From positions 1,294 to 65,293 of the forward strand of contig JAGOKS010000001.1 in assembly GCA_017994425.1 (NCBI GenBank): 64,000 bases of DNA, in the 5' to 3' direction. A model generated the notes under the pieces. That model saw nothing but the letters and a program-made list of their open reading frames with translations. It searched no databases and was not told the origin of the DNA. Positions 56,624 through 64,000 of the stretch are shown one piece after another. The position numbers were made by a program, and so were the translations under genes. The first letter of the stretch is position 1. The number at the start of each line of letters is the position of its first letter. The DNA comes from Bacteroidales bacterium (GTDB lineage Bacteria > Bacteroidota > Bacteroidia > Bacteroidales > WCHB1-69).

Positions 56624-58039
56624 ATGCCTATTGATAGTTTACGCACTTTATTTACACAAACTTTTTCTCAACCACCCTTAAGCATTAAGGAATTGTCAGC
56701 ATCGGGTTCCAACCGCCGGTATTTCCGTATGCTTGGAAAAGGTTTTACGATAATAGGAGCTTATAACAAAGACTTCAAAGAAAATCAAGCCTTTATCAGC
56801 TTTAGCAAGCATTTTCATGCACAAGGCTTTGCCGTTCCGGAAGTACTTGCCGAAGACGCAAACAATTACATCTATCTATTGAGCGATTTAGGCGATGAGA
56901 CCCTCTATAGTTATCGCTGTAAGTTTAACGAATTTACTTCCGAGTTGATTCAAACCTACAAAGAGGCATTGAAAAATTTGCTTACTTTTCAAACCCGTGG
57001 CAGCCAAGGTCTCGACTATTCCCTCTGCTACCCTCGCAACGCTTTCGACCGTCAGTCTATCTATTGGGACTTGAATTACTTCAAATATTATTTTCTGAAA
57101 CTGGCTCATATTTCCTTTGATGAACAATTGCTTGAAAACGATTTTGAGCTCTTCACCAATTTTCTGCTCGAAGCGGAAGCCGATTTCTTTCTGTTTCGTG
57201 ATTTTCAATCCCGCAATATCATGTTGCACGACAACAAACTTTTCTTTATCGACTATCAAGGTGGAAGAAAAGGGGCTCTCCCCTATGATGTAGCCTCTTT
57301 ACTCTACGACGGAAAAGCAGCCATACCGCAAAACATCAGAGAAGAATTGCTTGAATATTACATTCAACAACTTACACACGCAAAGGTATGGGATGCTGCT
57401 TTGTTTCGCAAATACTATTACGCTTTTGTGTTAGTACGTATCATGCAAGCGATGGGCTCTTACGGGTATCGCGGGTTTTACGAACGCAAAGAACATTTCC
57501 TGCAAAGTATACCCTTTGCCCTCAAAAATTTGGAATGGATACTCGAAAACGTACACCTCCCTCTTTCATTACCCAGCCTTTGGAAAGTCTTTGAGCAGCT
57601 TGTTCAATCCGACAAATTACAATCACTCAAACAAGTTAAACTCAAGATAGATATAAGCAGTTTCTCATATAAAAACGGCTATCCCGAAGATAGCAGCGGC
57701 AACGGAGGCGGCTTTGTTTTCGATTGTCGGTGTTTACCTAATCCGGGGCGACAAGAAGCGTATACTCATTTAACAGGTCAACATGCTGAGGTCATCAACT
57801 TTCTGGAAAAAGAAAAAGAAGTCATTCTTTATTTCGAACATATTACATCCATTATTGATTTGGCAGTTAAAAATTACCTGGACAGAGATTTTTCACATCT
57901 GTCAATCTCTTTCGGCTGCACCGGCGGGCAACACCGTTCCGTGTATTTTGCTGAAAAGCTATCGCATTACTTGCTTGGCAAATACCCTGTATCGACTTCC
58001 GTACACCATACAGCAGAAAAAAATTGGGAGTTGCAATAA
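56624..58039 (+). CDS. Fusion protein: AmgK-like (APH-fold) sugar kinase domain plus RapZ C-terminal domain
   Basis: N-terminal part has FRDFQSRNIM...FFIDYQGG...PYDVASLLYD. C-terminal part has FVFDCRCLPNPGR...LTGQHAEVINFL...FGCTGGQHRSVYFAEKL. Confidence 0.7.
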   Translation: MPIDSLRTLFTQTFSQPPLSIKELSASGSNRRYFRMLGKGFTIIGAYNKDFKENQAFISFSKHFHAQGFAVPEVLAEDANNYIYLLSDLGDETLYSYRCKFNEFTSELIQTYKEALKNLLTFQTRGSQGLDYSLCYPRNAFDRQSIYWDLNYFKYYFLKLAHISFDEQLLENDFELFTNFLLEAEADFFLFRDFQSRNIMLHDNKLFFIDYQGGRKGALPYDVASLLYDGKAAIPQNIREELLEYYIQQLTHAKVWDAALFRKYYYAFVLVRIMQAMGSYGYRGFYERKEHFLQSIPFALKNLEWILENVHLPLSLPSLWKVFEQLVQSDKLQSLKQVKLKIDISSFSYKNGYPEDSSGNGGGFVFDCRCLPNPGRQEAYTHLTGQHAEVINFLEKEKEVILYFEHITSIIDLAVKNYLDRDFSHLSISFGCTGGQHRSVYFAEKLSHYLLGKYPVSTSVHHTAEKNWELQ

Positions 58040-58052
58040 GATAATTACGTAT

Positions 58053-58910
58053 TTACACCCAATCGTCAGACAAAATATCTCCTTGAATGCCAACAACGAT
58101 ACGGCGAACCGGGACAGTGCGTGTAGCGGTTTCTCTGGCTAAATTTATCAATTGCAGCAAACCTCCGCAACAAGGAACTTCCATAATAGCCAATGTAATG
58201 GTGTTGATACGCGCTTCATCTATCATAATACGAAGTTTTTCGACATATACTTCTTTGTTGGTATCCAATTTCGGACAGGCAATGGCAAGTGTTTTTCCTT
58301 TTAATAATTGTGGATGAAAACTTCCTAAGGTAAAAGCCGTACAATCGGCGGCTAACAACAAATCGCTGTTTTTCAGAAAACTTGCATTCGGATTGATAAG
58401 ATGCAATTGTATGGGCCAATGCGTTAATTGTGAAGCCTGGCTTTGTGCCTCTTGCACAGGAGCAGCCTCAGCTTTGGCAAAAGATTGTTCACGACTCCCC
58501 GGACAACCACCTTCTCCTTTTTCAGCACAACCGCTGCTCTTAGATTGATACAAGGAGCTGAGGTCAATATCTATGTTGTTTACCTTCAAATAGTCTAATC
58601 CCTGCTGAAAATAACCCATCTCATTAAAATCTTTTAAATGCTTTAAATGCGCAAGGATGGTTTTTTCGCCTTTGGCTGCCATACGTTCCATGACTTTTAT
58701 TTCATCATAAGGTTCGGCTTCGCGCTCTTCGATAGAGATTGCCCCTTCGGGACAGTCCCCTATACAGGCTCCCAGCCCATCGCAAAATAAATCACTCACC
58801 ATTCTCGCTTTACCGTCGATTAACTGCAAAGCCCCTTCATGGCAACCGCTGACACACAAGCCGCATCCGTTGCATTTATCTTCATCTATTTTTATTATAT
58901 TACGTTTCAT
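58053..58910 (-). CDS. 4Fe-4S dicluster domain protein with conserved C-terminal domain of unknown function
   Basis: CNGCGLCVSGC and CDGLGACIGDC ferredoxin motifs, and C-terminal ADCTAF...ACPKLD...MEVPCCGGL. The start is set at MKRNIIKIDEDKC. Confidence 0.75.
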   Translation of the reverse strand: MKRNIIKIDEDKCNGCGLCVSGCHEGALQLIDGKARMVSDLFCDGLGACIGDCPEGAISIEEREAEPYDEIKVMERMAAKGEKTILAHLKHLKDFNEMGYFQQGLDYLKVNNIDIDLSSLYQSKSSGCAEKGEGGCPGSREQSFAKAEAAPVQEAQSQASQLTHWPIQLHLINPNASFLKNSDLLLAADCTAFTLGSFHPQLLKGKTLAIACPKLDTNKEVYVEKLRIMIDEARINTITLAIMEVPCCGGLLQLINLARETATRTVPVRRIVVGIQGDILSDDWV

Positions 58911-59016
58911 CGCATTAAAATTTTTTAGTTTAATTTGAAACAAAAGTAATTCAAAGCAAAGAGATATATGGTAACCTATGTTACAAAAACAAAAAAATAT
59001 GAAATGTAAGGTGATT

Positions 59017-59547
59017 TTAGTCTATTTCTTCTGCCGGATTTGCCTCCATGGGATAGAGCAAGGGGTGTAGATACGAAAGCAAAACGACAATCGTTTTTCC
59101 CCATCTTTCATAAAAATTCTGTCGTAGGTTTCGCACTGCATTGATTTGAGCGGTAAAGGTATTTTTTTGATAAAGCAGAATAAAATCTTTCATGTCTTGG
59201 TATATATCCGTTATCATTTCGGACATATCATAGGTTTCCATTTGATTTGTGAGACTATCGAAACTTTCAAAATAATTATATTTTTCAAATTTATCTTTGA
59301 CATTCACGTAGGTAATTTCGTAATCTTCTTCGGTAAGAAAACGCGAGGCAAGGATGTCGTCTTCTTCCGGCTCTACAGCGGGTATGAGAAGTCCTTTAAT
59401 GTAGAGCAAGGGGATGATTTTCAATGAATAATCCATAGCATCGAAGGGCTCAAAGAGATTAATCTTTTCGACAAAAGTGGTATATTGATTGGCAACAAGC
59501 AATATATCTTTCGTATTGGGGGCATCCACAATTTTTTCTATGTCCAT
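59017..59547 (-). CDS. Hypothetical protein (possibly DUF5063-like)
   Basis: Start set at MDIEKIVDAP (59547). The 49 upstream codons of the called ORF are translated tRNA sequence. Confidence 0.6.
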   Translation of the reverse strand: MDIEKIVDAPNTKDILLVANQYTTFVEKINLFEPFDAMDYSLKIIPLLYIKGLLIPAVEPEEDDILASRFLTEEDYEITYVNVKDKFEKYNYFESFDSLTNQMETYDMSEMITDIYQDMKDFILLYQKNTFTAQINAVRNLRQNFYERWGKTIVVLLSYLHPLLYPMEANPAEEID

Positions 59548-59569
59548 AATTTTCAGGTATATTCTTTTG

Positions 59570-59642
59570 TGGAGTATACGAGACTCGAACTCGTTACCTT
59601 TTGATTGCGAACCAAACGCTCTACCAGATGAGCTAATACCCC
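59570..59642 (-). tRNA. tRNA-Ala (anticodon CGC)
   Basis: Hand-folded 73-nt cloverleaf: acceptor ggggtat/atactcc with G3:U70, anticodon loop ttCGCaa, T-loop ttcgagt. Confidence 0.9.
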
Positions 59643-59652
59643 ATTGCGGATG

Positions 59653-59660
59653 CAAAAATA
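59653..59660 (-). promoter_or_regulatory. -7 box TAnnTTTG (tatttttg on minus) for tRNA-Ala(CGC)
   Basis: Plus-strand caaaaata, 11 nt upstream of the tRNA 5' end. Confidence 0.45.
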
Positions 59661-59690
59661 CACAAAATAGAAATAAAAGTTTCCATAAAA

Positions 59691-59720
59691 ACATAAAAAA
59701 AACAGCGAATAATCGCTGTT
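59691..59720 (-). terminator. Hairpin plus T-run after tRNA-Ala(GGC)
   Basis: aacagcga-ataa-tcgctgtt, followed on the minus strand by ttttttatg. Confidence 0.6.
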
Positions 59721-59730
59721 TGAATGGAGG

Positions 59731-59804
59731 TGGAGCATACGAGAATCGAACTCGTCACCTTTTGACTGCCAGTCAAACGCTCTAGCCAAATGAGCTAATG
59801 CCCC
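59731..59804 (-). tRNA. tRNA-Ala (anticodon GGC)
   Basis: Hand-folded 74-nt cloverleaf: acceptor ggggcat/atgctcc with G3:U70, anticodon loop ctGGCag, T-loop ttcgatt. Confidence 0.9.
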
Positions 59805-59820
59805 TTTTTTTTCAACGCTG

Positions 59821-59828
59821 CAAAAATA
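59821..59828 (-). promoter_or_regulatory. -7 box TAnnTTTG (tatttttg on minus) for tRNA-Ala(GGC)
   Basis: Plus-strand caaaaata, 17 nt upstream of the tRNA 5' end, the same spacing as at tRNA-His. Confidence 0.55.
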
Positions 59829-59858
59829 TAAAAAATTTGCTTATGTTTTCCATTTATT

Positions 59859-61772
59859 TTAATGCAAACTCTCTACCAGTCCGTATATCCATTCATTGTC
59901 TTTATAAGCAGTAACAGAAGCATGTAGAGGGAGTACCCCCTTTGTTTTGTCCGGATTCCAAAGATAGACTTTCACATATACATCTTTCATTTTCCGACTG
60001 TTTTTAAACAACAATTCATAACGTAAAGGGACGTAAAGGATTTGTTTTTCGCTGCTGTTTCGATAGAAGTGCTTGCTTTCAACAGAACGCCAATCGACGG
60101 ATTTATTTTTATAAAAGGTTTCCAAAATAAGATGTACATTGGTATTGCTGTCAAGATTCCGGTATTCAAAAGCGACGGCAAGCATGGTAAAACGTGAGTC
60201 GTTGATTTTTAAAAAAGGAAACTCATCAATTATGATATATTCTTCAACTTTGTCGGTAGTTACGCTATCAAAATGAAACTCGGAAACATATAATGGAGTA
60301 TAGCTTATTGTATCCGAAGAAGGATAGCTGGAGAACAAGTATATTTCCGTAGTAAAACATTTTTCGACAAACAATAGATACGGATATTTCTCTTTAATCA
60401 TGAGAAGCTGTTCATTCGATAAAGCTGCGGCAAGCAGATAATCAGCTTGTGTGTTCTCTAATAAAGCATGAAATTCTTTAGTGCTCAAGGGAGTTTCAAC
60501 ACATACAAGATTGTTTATGGTTTCATTGTACTTCCGCTCATAATAATGTAAAAAAGGTTTTTCCATACGGACCATCACTGCAAGCTTATCGTCTCCATAT
60601 ATTTTTTTACAATCGATGGCTTTCTTAGTCGCAAGTTCGAACCATTGCTGATGCATGATTTGGTAATGCTTCCGCTGGTAAATCAAACTGTAAAACATAA
60701 GCCCCATTAAAACAAAAAGTAAAATACCTTTCAATGCGTCTTTCCGTTCATCTATCATGGAAAACAATAGAAACGCCAGGAAGGGGAATGAAAAAATCAA
60801 CACATTAAATTGCAGGACAGGGTTTACATATACAGAATAAAAATAAGCGATTAATAAAGGAATTAAAAAGAGCAAAAGGGCAATGAGTTGTTTTTTCCAA
60901 AGCGATTTCCAGCGTGATTTATTTTTAATCGCATAAAAGACCACAATAAAAACTATTGTAAGATAAACATAGCGGGAGAAGTGAAAAAGATATTTGGGAT
61001 AAAGGATAAAAAATTCGGGAGTAGGTTTTCCCAGCCAACCATCGGGACCGCCAACGCCGCCCATTTGTATTTGTTTAAAGAGAATCGTGAAGTGCGGAAG
61101 GTATAAAAACACTGCCAAAAAACAAGCTGCCACGTATCTCCAGGCATATTTTTTTTCAACTAACAGCAAGCCGGCAATTCCCAACAAAAAAGCAAACAAC
61201 ATGGAAAACTGATGAGTATAGGCACATAAAGCTGCGAAAATACCCATCAGGAGTATGTTTTTCCGGGAATAATCCAAATCGTATATTATTTTCGACCAAT
61301 ACCATAACATGCATAAAGCAAAGAAAAGCCCGGGTATATACGGTCGTATTACCACACTATGAAAAATAATATATTGGCTGGAAGCAAAATAAGCAGCCAC
61401 AAACAAACCTACGTTTTCATTAAACCATTTTGCTGCGACTTTGTACACTAAAGGAATGCATACGATACCCAGCAGTAAAAACGGTAAACGCAAAGCCAAT
61501 TCCGAATAGCCGACAAGTTTCGACCAATACCAAATAAAAATCTGTACGCCTGCAGGATGGCCTTCACATAAGACCCCTTCTTGTATTAATTGTGCGAAAG
61601 AAGTATAATGTAAACGTGCTTCAACACTGAGTTCATCATCGGTAAAGGGCATATCCGTTATCCCGTATAAACGAGCCATCGCCCCTAAGAGCGTAATTCC
61701 ACACATAAGGAGCAAAGAGGAATTCCGTTGTGAATAAATTCTCAGTCTATTAAGAAAAGCCGTTAGCGACAT
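59859..61772 (-). CDS. Glycosyltransferase family 39 (ArnT/PMT-like) membrane protein with C-terminal soluble domain
   Basis: 637 aa with ~11 hydrophobic segments in the N-terminal 370 aa. Its start overlaps the fmt stop by 10 nt. Confidence 0.7.
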   Translation of the reverse strand: MSLTAFLNRLRIYSQRNSSLLLMCGITLLGAMARLYGITDMPFTDDELSVEARLHYTSFAQLIQEGVLCEGHPAGVQIFIWYWSKLVGYSELALRLPFLLLGIVCIPLVYKVAAKWFNENVGLFVAAYFASSQYIIFHSVVIRPYIPGLFFALCMLWYWSKIIYDLDYSRKNILLMGIFAALCAYTHQFSMLFAFLLGIAGLLLVEKKYAWRYVAACFLAVFLYLPHFTILFKQIQMGGVGGPDGWLGKPTPEFFILYPKYLFHFSRYVYLTIVFIVVFYAIKNKSRWKSLWKKQLIALLLFLIPLLIAYFYSVYVNPVLQFNVLIFSFPFLAFLLFSMIDERKDALKGILLFVLMGLMFYSLIYQRKHYQIMHQQWFELATKKAIDCKKIYGDDKLAVMVRMEKPFLHYYERKYNETINNLVCVETPLSTKEFHALLENTQADYLLAAALSNEQLLMIKEKYPYLLFVEKCFTTEIYLFSSYPSSDTISYTPLYVSEFHFDSVTTDKVEEYIIIDEFPFLKINDSRFTMLAVAFEYRNLDSNTNVHLILETFYKNKSVDWRSVESKHFYRNSSEKQILYVPLRYELLFKNSRKMKDVYVKVYLWNPDKTKGVLPLHASVTAYKDNEWIYGLVESLH

Positions 61773-62710
61773 AATATCAAATGCATATGTTTATTTCCAA
61801 GCAAAAACTCCTTAATGCCCATGCGTTTTTTTCCTTGCATTTGTAGTTCTTCCACATAGATAAATCCATCGGAGCATGCGATACGGAAATACTGTTTATC
61901 ATCGGTTTCGATTATCCCGAATTTTTGTTGATGTGCGGATTTCTCCGCTTTGCTTTTAAAAATTTTCAGTATTTGCCTGTTCCCGTGTTTATCAGTAAAA
62001 GTTGTAAAGGCAACAGGATAAGGAGATAGTCCTCTGATGAGGTTATGAATTTGCATTACCGGTTGATTCCAATCTATTTGGCAATGCTGTTTGAATATTT
62101 TGGGAGCTGTTTTGAGGGAATCAAGTATTTCTTGCTTTTGTTCACGATAGCTGTGATGTTCAATTTGTGTAAGGGTTTCAAGAACCGCTTCCTTCCCTAT
62201 TTCCAATAATTTATCGTGTAGACTACCGGCATTATCCTCTACATCAATCTGTAAACTACGAGCAAGGAGAATATTGCCCTCATCAATTTTATCATTAATA
62301 AAGAAAGTACTTACGCCTGTTTGCGTTTCTCCGTTGATGATTGCCCAATTGATGGGAGCTGCACCTCTATACTGCGGTAAGAGAGAAGCATGTAAGTTAA
62401 AAGTGCCTTTGGGAGGAATTTTCCAAACTGCTTCAGGTAACATTCTAAAAGCAACCACCACAAAGACATCGGCTTGAAGCCGTGTTAATGTTTCGATAAA
62501 AGCCGCATCTTTTAATTTCTCAGGCTGTAGAATGGGCAGGTTTCTTTTTTCGGCATATAGTTTCACTGCAGACTTCATGGCTTGCATTCCTCTTCCGGCC
62601 GGTTTGTCGACGGCAGTTACCACTGCTGCTATTTCATGCTTTCCGGATAGCCACAGTGCATCCAATATAGCGCTTGCAAATTCGGGAGTACCCATGAAAA
62701 CAATTTTCAT
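61763..62710 (-). CDS. fmt: Methionyl-tRNA formyltransferase
   Basis: 315 aa. MKIVFMGTPEFA and HASLLPQYRGAAPINWAIING motifs. Confidence 0.95.
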   Translation of the reverse strand: MKIVFMGTPEFASAILDALWLSGKHEIAAVVTAVDKPAGRGMQAMKSAVKLYAEKRNLPILQPEKLKDAAFIETLTRLQADVFVVVAFRMLPEAVWKIPPKGTFNLHASLLPQYRGAAPINWAIINGETQTGVSTFFINDKIDEGNILLARSLQIDVEDNAGSLHDKLLEIGKEAVLETLTQIEHHSYREQKQEILDSLKTAPKIFKQHCQIDWNQPVMQIHNLIRGLSPYPVAFTTFTDKHGNRQILKIFKSKAEKSAHQQKFGIIETDDKQYFRIACSDGFIYVEELQMQGKKRMGIKEFLLGNKHMHLILCR

Positions 62711-62728
62711 ACCTTATATTCTTCCTGT

Positions 62729-63529
62729 TTATTTATTAAATGAATAATTTTGAATATCTTTTGGCATTAACGACTGTATATTATATTGATTGCATAATTG
62801 AAATACTGCCTCAAGATACGCAGGGTCAACGCTATAATCTTCTTTGGAATCATTGATTTGATGTGCATATAGGAATAGGACTTCATTGTTTTTAACTGCT
62901 CTTTGAATGGCTTTTTCCAAATTATCTATGGATATGTTGTAATTGTAATCTATCCCCATCGCATTGCTGACGGAGGTTTTATTATCTGAAACATAAATAC
63001 AATCATAGGTGTCGATGCTTGTATCATTTATATTATAGGTAGCTTTTCGCAGAAAAGAGAAATACGTTAAAAGGATAGAGTCCATATAATCCGTTGATTT
63101 TCCGAAAGGATAAGCAAAAGAATGCACTTGAAAGCCGAGCTCTTGTAAAAATGTAATGGAGGGCTTGATTTCTTTTTCAATATATACATCGAATGAATCA
63201 ATATAATCCATGCTATTTAAATGATAGTATCCGTGGCTGGCGATTTCATGACCTTCTTTTTCCAATAATTTAAGTTTTTTACAGTCTGCTGTATCGAGCA
63301 AATGAGGATGAGCGATAAAAAAAGTAGCCTTGATATGATATTTATGAAACACCTCTTTATAATTATACCATTCCTTTATATAATTATCGTCAAAAGAAAA
63401 GATAATACCTCCTTGTTTTTGAGGATTCCTGCATCCACAACAAAGGAAAATAAGGCAGGGTAAAATGAGTAAATAATATTTTTTTATCATGGTTTCCAAA
63501 ATAGTATGTAATAATAAAACCATACACAT
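62729..63529 (-). CDS. Polysaccharide deacetylase (NodB homology) family lipoprotein
   Basis: FSFDDNY and HEIASHGYYH motifs. The internal start MIKKYYLLILPCLIFLCCGC (63490) is probably the real one. Confidence 0.8.
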   Translation of the reverse strand: MCMVLLLHTILETMIKKYYLLILPCLIFLCCGCRNPQKQGGIIFSFDDNYIKEWYNYKEVFHKYHIKATFFIAHPHLLDTADCKKLKLLEKEGHEIASHGYYHLNSMDYIDSFDVYIEKEIKPSITFLQELGFQVHSFAYPFGKSTDYMDSILLTYFSFLRKATYNINDTSIDTYDCIYVSDNKTSVSNAMGIDYNYNISIDNLEKAIQRAVKNNEVLFLYAHQINDSKEDYSVDPAYLEAVFQLCNQYNIQSLMPKDIQNYSFNK

Positions 63530-63560
63530 CCATTCCGGTTAAGCAAAAGGAAATTGGTTG

Positions 63561-64000
63561 CTACAATTCCAGCATTTTCAGACACGTCATGGCAGCTTCC
63601 ACCCCTTTGTTGCCGTGTTTACCACCGGCTCTGTCTACGGCTTGCTTCATCGTTTGGGTTGTCAACACCCCAAAAATTACAGGCGTATTAGTTTGCAATC
63701 CTACATTCATAATGCCGTTGGCAGTTGCTTCGGCAATAAAGTCGAAATGGCGGGTTTCCCCTTGGATGATACATCCTAAACAAATAACAGCATCCATTCC
63801 TCTTCCGATTAATTGTTTTGCCGTAAAGGGCAATTCGAAACTTCCCGGAGTGCTTATTTGGGTAATATCTTTTTCGTGCACCTTATGTTCAAGCAATGTT
63901 TGATAACAAGCCGTGCGGAGGGCTTCCGTAACTTCCGGATTCCACTCAGAAGTAACTATCCCTATGCGTTTGCCATGAATACACGGAGATGATTGATGTA
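63561..64000 (-). CDS. ribH: 6,7-dimethyl-8-ribityllumazine synthase (5' end beyond window)
   Basis: The frame stays open to base 64000 (..HGKRIGIVTSEWNPEVTEAL..). GSFELP and QGETRHFDF motifs are present. The ORF track starts it at an internal TTG. Confidence 0.9.
   Translation of the reverse strand, partial: HQSSPCIHGKRIGIVTSEWNPEVTEALRTACYQTLLEHKVHEKDITQISTPGSFELPFTAKQLIGRGMDAVICLGCIIQGETRHFDFIAEATANGIMNVGLQTNTPVIFGVLTTQTMKQAVDRAGGKHGNKGVEAAMTCLKMLEL

Noticed and set aside
59548-59694. N-terminal extension of ORF 59017..59694 and ORF 59553..59789
   Set aside because: These read through tRNA-Ala genes (the GISSSGRAFGSQSKGNEFESRILH-type translation is typical of tRNA). The real start is MDIEK at 59547.
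63558-63903. Plus-strand ORFs 63558..63779 and 63589..63903
   Set aside because: They are antisense to ribH, whose frame is open to the window edge and carries lumazine synthase motifs.

Overview
Low-GC Bacteroidota-type chromosomal window. Supporting signs are T9SS C-terminal sorting domains, TAnnTTTG -7 promoter boxes ahead of many genes and all three tRNAs, AT-rich leaders without Shine-Dalgarno sites, and DUF1573-like and DUF4296-like families. Most of it is ordinary housekeeping: ppdK, rsmE, pheT, rpsT, thiC, fumC, a PPi-type PFK, lspA, HU, RNase G, copA, pyrC, a carboxyltransferase, metK, two tandem fadD-like ligases, rlmN, gcvT, an M16 peptidase, an FKBP isomerase, fmt and ribH, plus tRNA-His(GTG), tRNA-Ala(CGC) and tRNA-Ala(GGC). 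No CRISPR array, rRNA, transposase or integrase was seen. The stand-out accessory locus lies at about 44.9-50.2 kb. It starts with a ~600-bp ORF-poor, GC-richer, hairpin-dense spacer. Next come tandem 145-bp promoter-bearing repeats. These lead into an array of four short Rhs-tip (EKYPSISPYTYCANNP..DPTG) polymorphic-toxin cassettes, three followed by an immunity gene, and no full-length Rhs gene is in the window. A 34-bp segment built around the perfect palindrome TCTCCCCA-NN-TGGGGAGA occurs in opposite orientations at the two ends of the array. It is intact in one cassette head, split by an exact 84-bp in-frame insertion in another, and joined to an inverted copy in a truncated stub. This looks like a recombination or inversion hotspot, but no recombinase is visible here. 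Secondary items are a second unexplained structured noncoding segment (1.2-1.56 kb), an AmgK-like kinase fused to a RapZ C-terminal domain, a DUF2156 plus Eis-like GNAT pair, an uncalled 29-aa bS22-like basic ORF, and a carboxyltransferase whose biotinyl-type domain lacks the biotin lysine. All calls come from reading the sequence and ORF translations by eye; no database search was possible.
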